Assembly (NCBI RefSeq): GCF_000143415.4
Contig: NW_003314364.1
Location: forward strand, 124,001-188,000
DNA from: Selaginella moellendorffii
Taxonomy: Eukaryota > Plantae > Lycopodiophyta
Direction of reading: 5' to 3'
Length of the DNA stretch: 64,000 bases
Shown one piece after another: positions 12,675 to 23,400 of this stretch. Under the pieces are notes generated by a model. That model saw only the letters and a list, made by a program, of their open reading frames with translations, was not told the origin of the DNA and did no database searches. Every line of letters starts with the position of its first letter. The stretch's first letter is position 1. A program made the position numbers and the translations under genes.

Positions 12675-15600
12675 TCACCTTGAAATAAAATACATTAGAA
12701 ACTTAGTAAAGGAATATTCATGAATCTCACCTTGAACCCGGGTTATGAATGCTCTTGCTGCATCTCTTGCATGGTCTGGCAAGGTGATGGTGGCACTCTG
12801 CTTCCGCATCCAACCATGCACAACATTATCCACCGATATGCTCATGCTGGGATCCCTTGGATTCAGCACCCATCTCTTTTCTAGGCAATCGTTCGTATAT
12901 CCGGAACTTGGCTTGAACCACTCCACAGTTACATTGAAGGAGTTAGTTTCCGCGTCCTCCTCTGCATCAGTGATGCAGCGCCCCACCCATATCATTTGTT
13001 TTTTATTACTGGGTCTGACAAGCACGACCATTCCTTTGCAGACCTGTACTGGATTGAATGCTGAATCCGGCTTCTTGTTCCTCGGCCCACAATAGTGATC
13101 CTCAACATCGTTATCTGTCACTGCATTTCCAGAGGACATTGTTCCGCTACTATCTAGTGCTCTGGGTTCTGGCCAAAAGGACTCTTCCAATTCTTCATAT
13201 ACAACCGGCCCATTTTGGATAGCAGATATAATCTTCTCCCAGTATTCGAGCAAAGGTTTGCACCTCTGAAAATAGGATTCTCCACCAAACACCAACCCCC
13301 TCTTCCAGAAGGCAATATGCTGTCTAATCCCGGCCACTATACTTTCCTGGTCTTTGAGTCCATCCGGGTGCATCGGCCGTGGGGAACCCTGAGGAATCAT
13401 AGGTTCCCCAGTTATGGGATCTCTCTTGAAGAGTTCAATGCCGTCCACTGGCAGCCACACTGTGTCCCATTCTCTCATCTTGTACCTCATCATTGGAGCA
13501 CCGTCACACATGCTGAAATGAAACTGAAGAGGCTTGGAGTGGCCAATCAGCGTTTCGGATCCGTCCCTGATGTAGCCTCTTACAAACCCCTTAAAGTCTG
13601 GAACCTCTGTCAAAAGTGCAGCTTCAACAGTGCCTTTGATGCAATTTTGGAATTGATCGTAGAGTTGTGGGAGGGTGAGGACATTGGATCGCCGGAGGGA
13701 CTCTGCCAGGTGACTGAACATGGCATCGACGTCTTCATGAGTGTGCCCAACCATGAGAAAGCCAAGTGTAACCGTTTCAAATATGCCTTTGGCAACAAGC
13801 ATCGCCAAGTACGCGAAGACGTACATGTTTTTGTTCTCACTGCCAGCATTGTCTGTTTGGAGCAGAAGATGGGGTGGAAGGCCACATCGGCCGCAAGAAC
13901 TTCCTTGAGATTCTGCTTCGTTTGGATGAGGCTGTGCATTCACCGGGCGACCAGCCTCGTCGGAATGGCATGAGGCCTCACGTGATAACCCTACAATCTG
14001 ACGGCCAACATATTCACTGGGATGGCATGGGGCCCCACGCGATACTGCAAGCCTTTGCTCCTCCTCCAGCTGAACCCTGTATGGGGTTCGATCGACAAGG
14101 GCCTTATGCAAGGGTTGGCCGTTCAGCTCAGTCTGCGCACTTTGCAGAGACCTTAAGTGTTTTGCTAGGGACGCAATCATCATGTTTGCACCCCCGCCAC
14201 CCCATAGAGGTACAAAGAAGTTCCCATAGTTCTGGGCACCATGCCCATGAGCGATTATGCCAAATAGAGACAGAGGCAGCTGCATGGATGAAGAGATTGC
14301 CTTGGGGGCAGGATTGAGTCGAGGTAAGCACGTCTTTTTCTGGTCCATTTTGTCGTGGATGATGCAGAGGTAAGAGTCAGGTCTCTCCATGGAGAGAATC
14401 CTGTTATGATAATATGCAGTCCTGCAGCTTCTCTGCTCGATGTTGTGGTCGAGCTGCCTTCTAACCAACGTCTCTCGCTCTTGAGCGCTACAAGAATTCT
14501 TCGACAAAGCCATTTTGATAGCAGTGCACTCGTCACACTTTGAAAAGTTGGAGTACTTTCCTATACTCACATCCCTGAACCTGTTGCTCCACAATCTACT
14601 AAATCTAGATTGGCTCAGCTTCCTGTAGCCATTACTCTGGAGTTCCCGATTCACATCTTCCAATATGGCCCCCTTGGTATACATGGAAGGGAGAACTCAT
14701 TGGGTGTCTCGTGTTCCATCTTCCAAGAGGCGGGTTTTATGTGGTTGCTGCTCGCTACATGTCTCAACAAACCTCTTGAAGATTGCCTCTCCATATACAA
14801 CATGACCCTGTGAGACACAAAATCCCTAGGCCCCAAAGTGGAGCCAGAAGGGCGCCACATGGTAGTGGCCGAAGCGAGAGCCAAACGAGCGTAACACGTT
14901 TGGACCAAAAGCTCCGACTTGAAAAGTCAAGAGCGGGAGTGGAACTCCCAACGAAGTGCTCGAGGAACGAGCACGAAGCGAGCAAAAGGCGAGGCTCCAA
15001 AAAGGGACCCAAAAGGACCAACACATGACACGTGGGAGTGTCCGAGATGGACTCGAGTTGGAGTCCGAAGTGGAGTCCGAGATGGACCCGAGTTGGAGTC
15101 CGAAGTGGAGTCCGAGATGGACCCGAGTTGGAGTCCGAAGTGGAGTCCGAGATGGACCCGAGTTGGAGTCCGAAGTGGAGTCCGAAGTGGAGTCCGAGAT
15201 GGACCCGAGTTGGAGTCCGAAGTGGAGTCCGAGATGGACCCGAGATGGACCCGAGATGGAGTCCGAGATGGAGTCCGAGGTGGACCCGAGATGGACCCGA
15301 AATGGAGTCCGAGATGGAGTCCGAGATGGACCCGAGATGGAGTCCGAGATGGAGTCCGAAGTCGAGACCGAGACCGAGACTGGGACCGAGACCGAGACCG
15401 AGACCGAGATCGGGACCGAGACCGAGGCCGAGGCTGAGACCGAGCCCGAGCCCGAGTCCGAGTCCGAATCCGAGTCCGAGTCCGAGTCCGAGTCCGAGTC
15501 CGAGTCCGAGTCCGAGTCCGGAGCCTGAGAGGGTGAAAGCCCAAAGCGTTCGTCTCCCAGACCCTGGGGGGTTTGGTGAGCTCCAAAAGTATAGTAGGGG

Positions 15601-17505
15601 GAGGACTGCAGTGGAGCCAGTTTGGCCAGGAAAGGCCAGTTTGGCCCAGGAAGGCCGGACCCAGTGTTGGGTGATGAGCTGCCCACTGGGAAGTCCAAGA
15701 CTAGAGTGAACACAGACCGACAAGCGGGGTAGCTTGGTGAAGTGTTCAAGAGCCGGCTCTAGTTCCCCCGGGAGATCGACTGGCCGATGCTCCCAGTCCA
15801 AGTGTGGGTGGCACTACCTACTTGGATACCTGGTGTGGCTCAACGGAACCCGCTCTAAGCCCATGGCTAGAGCACCTAAAGGCGAAAGGCGAGGAGAGTA
15901 CCCAGGTGGCTCGCGTAAGGCCACGGTGTTCTGAAATGTTGTCCCGAAGGCCCAGCCTGTGGAAAGGAAGAGGAACAGTCCTCTGGGGTAGTGACCAAGG
16001 ACACAGTCGTGTGGTGAGGAAGTCCCAGAGGACCGTGGGACTTAGTGGTCGGGCCTGTGGGTCTCGATCCAGTGGCAGTGTTGGCAAACACGGCCAGGGG
16101 CAGAAAGGGACTTAGTGGGAACTGACAGAGGGATATTGGGGAAGGTTATTCCCCTTGTCGGTGGGCATCCTAAGGATGCTAAGGAGTGGATCTGAGATGA
16201 CCACTCACGGATGGTTTGCCTAGTCTTGGAGAGCCAAGACGGTGATGCAAGTGGTATTGGACTACCAGTGTGGCAAAGGTGATTGGGCATGGCCTTAGCG
16301 TAACGGGCTGCTATGTCGGTGGTACCTTTGAGTGTTGGTCATGGGATCGGACACGTGGAGCACTTGGACCAAGTGCAAATGTTGAGTGGCATGGATGCCA
16401 TTCTCGGGGCTAGCAAGTCCCAAGTCCTGGATTGGACTTATGGAGGTTGTGAATGAGACTCCTCCAAGTGGTCAGAGGTGTGGTTAAGTGACTAAAGTAG
16501 AATGGAAAATTTAGTCCCTTACAGACCCCTGGTTTTGTGTGTACCGTCGTTCCCATGGACTGCCTGTTGAACCCTTTGTTCCTCGAACTCAGTTTTGATT
16601 CTATAGAATGTGGTTCGAGGGACTCCATAAATGATTCTCCATGCCTTCATGCAGACCAAACCCCTCTGGAAGACCATGCCCGCCACCTGATGTTCTGAAG
16701 CATGAACAGATGACCGTAATGCCTCATACACAAAATTGCGAGCTGCCTTCCAGGACAATGTCTTGTATCTTGCTCTCTCCTCTTCAATAGCATCCCAATC
16801 AGCATGTTGACAGCACCTCCTCTTGCAACAAGCAACTGTCGAGACCATTCGAACCTCCATCGCCATTTTCTGCCTTTTCGGTTCGTTGCTCAGATCCCTT
16901 TGGCTGCGCTTTAGGAAGGTGTACTTTCTTTTCCCATGAAGAGATGTTCTGTCATCAGTTGTAGTGGTGTTTGATTGTGAATCCTTCACATTCTCAAACA
17001 CTAAGTGCCTCAATTTCCACTGCACAATGCTTCCAATAGTCAGACTGTTTTCTTCTGTGTCAACAACCTCTAAAGTCGCAACTCCAATATCATCCCAGCC
17101 CAATTCTTGATTAGCAACCGCATCTCTTGGATCGACAACTGTGGCTAAGCCCTCAGCTACCACCTCCCCCTCGGGGTTGTTTAGAAACACCTTTGCCTGA
17201 ATCCATGTAGCACGGTTCTTAAGATCCACGGAGGGAACATGCGTCGCACTTGCGCTGTCCCCAACATCTGCTTTCTTCTGAAAATTTTTCAAGGCAACAA
17301 CAACATTTACCCCGACGACCATCTCTCCTCGTTCAATAGCGACCACATTCCCATCGAAGACAGTCTCTACTGATACAGCAGCATTGCCTTCCCCAAGCCT
17401 TTGACAGTGTATAACAAAGTTCCGATCCATAGACACAAGGGTCCCTTTTGCAACTCTCTTCCCACCATTCAAAATGTAAACCTTTTCCCCAACCCTGAAG
17501 GCCAT
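12675..17505 (-). pseudogene. Sola-like DDD transposase (~1036 aa reconstructed), split by a solo LTR and one TGA (14697-14699)
   Basis: Motifs CCKRRCC, SKCDEC, IIHDKMDQKKTCLP, LQTDNAGSENKN and FLMVGHTHEDVDAMFS. ORFs 16519-17505 and 12675-14684 join in frame (HKTRG|HVVYG) once the LTR and one TSD are removed. Confidence 0.85.
14809..16523 (+). mobile_element. Solo LTR, family 1 (1715 bp)
   Basis: TG...CA ends; 5-bp TSD GACCC at 14804-14808 and 16524-16528. Confidence 0.95.
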
Positions 17506-17870
17506 TCTGAAAGTGCAGAAAAGAAGTTAAGACTATACAAAAAATGATTGGAGAATGGCCTAAATCATAACATACCAAACAACCTCAATAGCATGAGGCC
17601 ACATGCCATTATTCAAACATGCTATTGACACCCACGTGAAATTTCGCATTCACAAAATTGGCATGAGCCCTCATGCCATCTTGATATACACACAGCTGCA
17701 GGCAAGCAAAAACATACATGACAATACGCTAGCCATGAAATTGCAAGGGCCCAAGATGGCATGTGGCCTCATGCCATTTCTAAATGTGGTCCTAAGCCAT
17801 TCCATGGTGAACATACCAGGAAGCACAAGTGCCGAATATCAAGAGGAAGCGGTAGCCACACCAAAGACAG

Positions 17871-18003
17871 TGCCGCTCGCAACACCGCAACTACTCGTAG
17901 CGCCGCTCGCAACACCGCAACTGCTCGTAGCGCCGCTTGCACAAACTGCCACTCGCATAAACTGTCGCTCGCAATAGCGCTCGCAATGCCGCAACCGCTC
18001 GTA
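17871..18003. repeat. CpG-rich ~30-bp tandem repeat upstream of the transposase
   Basis: GCCGCTCGCAACACCGCAACT(A/G)CTCGTAGC repeated; also present at ~47575-47705. Confidence 0.7.
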
Positions 18004-18800
18004 GACGCATAAACCACAGCTCACAACGCCGCTTACACAAGCAGCGCTCACTGCGCTCAGCGGAACCAAGAACACGGCGCACAAAAATGATAGACCTAGG
18101 AATGAGTTCGAGAATTCAAAAATAACACACGCTTGAACGTCACATCAAATCCTCTGACAAACCAGATCTTATGATTCCTCTGACAAATTTCAAACTAAGT
18201 AGCTTCTAGACTTTGCTGTCGGAGGTTGAACTTTGTCACATCATGTCCTTGCCTTGATCCAGCTGTGCCATGTCAGTGATTCGAACTTTGCCATGCTATG
18301 TCAGCGATCCGCACCAAGATTATTCGCCGTGTAAAGGAATAATTATGCTGTGTGTGTACGTCCATTTATGGCAATATAAGGCCACACGCCATTCAAAAAA
18401 TAATGCTAGTCGAGCATTTTTTGGTGCATTTTTGGGTTCAAATTTGCATGAGCCCACACGCTATAAAGTTTACCTGTACCAAAAATAGAAACAGCTTTAT
18501 TTACTTGGGAATTTAAGTGGTTGAGGCATTTTTAAACTTACAAACACATGCTCTACTTACATTCCTTTGGTTGTTTAAAATTCAAAAATATTATAAACCT
18601 TTCTTTTTGCATTTTCAATGTTTTCAATTATGGTTTTTGATTTTCGCAGGACCAGCCTAGTAATCTATTTGCATCCCGTCATGTTTATAGCTAGCTTTCG
18701 TTTGTCCCCTTCGCTAGCCTGAAATACATCTGCTCGGCATCTGCCTCTTACAGCATTTGCCCAGAAAGGGGATCTTTCTTCACGCAGCATTTGCCACATG

Positions 18801-18833
18801 TTTAGGGTTTAGGGTTTAGGGTTTAGGGTTTAG
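18801..18833 (+). repeat. Interstitial plant telomeric repeat (TTTAGGG)4+
   Basis: Directly visible; a shorter homologous tract is at 46759-46778. Confidence 0.9.
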
Positions 18834-20429
18834 CAATTCAGTAGCTTGATAAACATGCAAATATAGAACTTGATTCAAAATCCTTTGATATGTCACAATG
18901 CCCCTAGGACCATAAACACATTTCAATAGAGAGGGTCCTTTCATTTCATAACTCCTTACGTAGATCTTGGTGAAACCAGAGTTAGTGAAGTTAGTTTCTT
19001 GTGATCCCGTATCTGATTGTGATGTCCCTTTGCAATTTCGATGGAAAGGTCAATGCACACCAAATTGTAAAATCTTGGAGCAAAATAACGGTCGGATCTA
19101 TGGCAAATGCCCCTGAAATATTGTAAGGCTCGTGTGGTCTCATGTGGTGTCCGATCGAGATGCTTCTTTGCAGGGTCATCAAGAAAGACATTGTATACCA
19201 TTCTGTAAAATCTAGTTGCGATCTAACGGTTGGATCTCCAGAAAACTCAAAAAAATCTCGCGCGTGTCAGAATATCCTAGGAATATACTCCTATGTGCCC
19301 CTGAAAATGGCATGCGGCCCCACGCCATTCAAGAGATAACGCCAGATGACGCCGAGAATTTTTTGGTGCATTTTTTGGGTTCAAAATTGCATGAGCCCAC
19401 ACGCTATAAAGTTTATCTTTGCCAAATAGAGAAAAATTTATCTGTGTCATGTGAGGTAGTTACAGTCCTTTGTGCTCGGCATGTGCCTCTTGCAGCATTT
19501 GCACTGAAAGGGAATTTTTCTCCATTCAGCATTGGCCCTGAAAATGGCATGCGCCCACACGCCATTCAAGGAATAACGCCTCAGGACGCCTGGATTTTTG
19601 GGTTTAAAATGTTTAGGGTTTTTTGGGTTTTTTCAAAATATTTTGGGTCCAACGTTTTTTGGGTTTCTTTGGTTCAAAATTGCATGAGCCCACACGCTAT
19701 AATATTGATTTGAGAGAAAAATAGAAACAGATAGAATTTCTTTATTTAGCTGAACATCTGCCATTTTTGGAAATACAAGATGCTTTGGAATATCCAATCA
19801 TGCATGGTATAAATATAGCGAGGGTATTAAATGATATCCCAATCATGATCTTTCTTTTGGATTTCGCGTGTATGCAGTCCGAGGAATGATGATGTTGCGG
19901 ATTTCTTTTGGATTTTGCGTGCTTGCATGCGCGCGGCAATCCAGAAATTAATGGTGGCGCCCAAGTCCGAGGAATGATGACGTGGCGGGATTACCAACCG
20001 TTGTGACATTTCGTGCGTGTGAGGTTAGGTTTTGCATTTTTCTTTGTACTCGCACTCGCACACTCGCGCTCGCGCTCGCATCACACTCGCGCTCCCGCTC
20101 GCATCGCGCTCCCACTCGCGATCACGCTCACTTCTCTACAGGTTTCTCGTGTGCATCGGCGTCCACTCGCGCTTGCATCACACTCGCGCTCGCATCACGC
20201 TCGTGTGCATCGGCGTCCACTTCAAGACACACCCAGTTTGTAACTTCGCCGCCAACTCCGCCGCCCACTCCGCCACCCACACGCAGCCCACTTGGCATCC
20301 CGGGAGATTTCAGCACCACTCTCCAACTGTAAGTGGTAGAGTAGCCTTGCTGCTACGATCCGCTGCACACACAGTGCACATTCGCCAGCGAGTCCAGCCT
20401 CGATTGTCACGGCCTCCATTCGGCTTCAA

Positions 20430-23400
20430 ATGGTAAGTCTTTTAGGCCAAGTAGAAAATGGCATGAGGCCACATGCCATTCAGTAGCAACATTGGCATGC
20501 ACCAATTGGGCTCTCGAGTGCAGTCCGGTTACAGATGGCGTGTAGCCTCACGCCATCTTAGGATGCAGCCTCAAGACATCTGATGCAGTGGTGAATGGCG
20601 TGTGGCCTCACGTTATTTCCAGCTGCTAGCTTTTCATCTGTCAGCTCTAATTGTTGTGCATTTCTGAACAGGCGAGGAATTGCGTTCTTCTTCCAGCCAC
20701 TGTCAATGTGGATGCAGAGAAGGGGGAGGAGCTCACCAGTTGGACTTTCGGGATGGAAGGCGAGGATCTGATGCTGTACAACACAGATGGTGGGAGAAAA
20801 GAATGCATGGGGATCCTCATCCAAGTGACAGACACTCCATGCAGTTCCATGCAAGAATATGGACTGGCACTTGTGGTAGAGACAGCGTCCGCCTTCAAGA
20901 TCCATCTTGCACATCCTAGCGGCTTCCCGGAGGGGGGCAGCGGCTATGAGGAATTCCTAGAGGGAGCTAGGGAAAGGTTGTCCAGGAGGCCCACAATTTC
21001 AAAGACGCTGCGGGTCTATGAAGATCACATGGAATCCACGGACCTCACCTACGGCGATGTTCAAAAACTATATTCCAACATTGAGCCGTTGAGAGTGCCT
21101 CCAGGTTGCGAAGCGAAGGGGAAGGGGGTCGATCTGGAAACTACCCCGAAGTAAAAAAGGGTGGTCAAGCTCAAGCCGACGTCCGACTCTGCTGCTCCAA
21201 AAAAGAAGCTACTCGGTGATGCCATTGCCTCGGGTTCGAACACTACACCCACCAAAAAGAAGAGCCGCAAAGAGCAGAAAGAGCAAGAAGAGGCAGCAAA
21301 AATCGTCGCAGATAATAGTACTTGTTACTATTCCAACAAAGTATATACAATCGACGTGAGCCGTATCGAGATCCAAAGCAAATACAACCACAGGCTAGTA
21401 TCTGATGAGTGGGTGGAGAAACTGAAGCAGAAGATGCTGGCAAGTCCAGTAACACCCGACATCGCAGACGTGATCCCCTACTACCGAGGAGGTAAAGAAA
21501 GTCTTCAAGACAAGAGTTGTCCGCCTGATAAAAGGCAACTCGCCCCTCCAATCTATCATATACATCTCCCACGCGCAGAATGTCAAGCAAGAAACGTGCT
21601 ACAAATCGGGTCTGCACGAGACATTGGCACGAACACGAAAGCTCTGGGTTCAACTGAAGAAGCCACAAAAACCAGGACAAGGACGTGCACTAGCAACTAG
21701 CGCCTGGCAGGTAAGCCTCGTTGCATGTAGCATAGCATGTGGCCTCACGCCATTTCCATTGCAGGAATTCTCGAGTCTTCTCTCGAAAACACTGGGGGTC
21801 AATGACACACTCAGCATCCATAACATTCTACTCGCGACAAAAGTTGTTATTGACAAATGGGTAGATGTGCTGAGGAGGTACCATGACGGGGAGTTGCTAA
21901 ACTCAATGGGTGTGGAGGACGGCCGGAAGCCCAATGATTTGAAGCTCAACGCCTTGCGTTTCTCGCGGTCTCCAGACGACGACGACCTTCTGACAGTGGC
22001 TAATGCTCTTCTACGTGGTGAGGTAGTCTTCAACAAGACCAAAATGACTCCCGGCCATATTGTGACATACGAGGACTTGTGCACGACTCTGAGAGCTCGT
22101 GCGCTATTGAAGGATTGGATCTTCGAGCAAGTGGCCGTTGCGAGGGTGAGCATCGACATCACGCAAGAGATGATGGAAGAGCTGGAGTTGTCAAATGAAG
22201 ACATCGACGAGTACGTGAAGGGGGCCCCCAAGTTCATCGATCTGCTGCGGGATGCCACGAAAAGTAAAGCTGAGAAGTTGGATCAGTATCCAAATTTCAT
22301 TAAGAGGGATGTCGACCGCCAGCTTCAGAAACAGCTCGACCCCGCAGCAGAGGCCTATCGAGAACCTTACCGGGTATACGTGAATTCGGATGAGGATCAA
22401 AGGTGGAGGAGCATCGTTTCCCGCGGAGATGAGCAGGTCAAGAATATCTTTTGTGTGATGGACTTCACAAACGAGGAGATCACTCATGCAGACGAAGTCA
22501 GCTCCATCATTGACTTAATGGTGGGACTTGCGGAGGTGGAATCTTCAGTCCACTATATGATCTATGACTCCGAATCCTATCACAAGTTCTGGAAGGCCTT
22601 GAACGAGGTGAAGGCTCGGTTGAAAGGCAAGGAGATGCGGGAGATCCATGGGATAATGGCTAAGAAGAAGATACCGACGAATGTCCGCATCTTCACACTC
22701 GCCCTTGTTATTGGTCCTGCAGCAGAGTGGGACTGGAGTGACTTCCCAGCTTCGTTCAACAAAGCCGATCGAATTGATCTGAGGGAGGTCAATTTACCCA
22801 TGCCTGAGGAACTGAAGACGGCTATGGAGCTTTCGAATCCAAAGAAAGCTCCAGGTGCAGCATGGGAAATGCTCAGCTGGGTCTTCAACGCAATAGCAGG
22901 TGACTCCAAGGGCAAATGCGTTGTCGAGTACAACTGCGGCGGACTATTCTTTCAAGCCGCACTACTCAAGGGTGTCCCGTGTGTTGCGGTGACAAACTCC
23001 ATTGAAGAGGTGACTTCAATGGAGCATATAATTACAGTTGCCAAAGAAAAACAGTATCTTCTCTACGAACCTGGTGAGTACGCACTTTAAGTTTAAATGT
23101 TATCTCACAAGCTCTGTATGCAGGAGCGTGGCCACCCCCAGATGCTGAAACGGCGTTAACAGCTACTGATGTTAGGCCGAGCTCACAACCTGCACAAGGT
23201 AAGGTCACGTGAGGCCTCACGCCATTTTGATTATAGATCGTTGTGAATATTCAGACACGAGGACTGAAAAGCGCACTGGTGGCGCGTCGAAGAAGGACAA
23301 ACAGACAAGCAATAGGAAAAAAGGAGGTACAAATTATATTTGCAATGGCGTGTGGTCTCATGCCATTCCTTGCAGGAGACACTTCTTCAAAGGCAAAACA

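Noticed and set aside
13215-13973. Antisense ORFs overlapping the transposase (also 49627-50505)
   Set aside because: Shadow frames with no motifs; their conservation is explained by recent copy identity.
18801-18833. Relic chromosome end or fusion site
   Set aside because: The tract is short and sits at the same internal position in another transposon copy.
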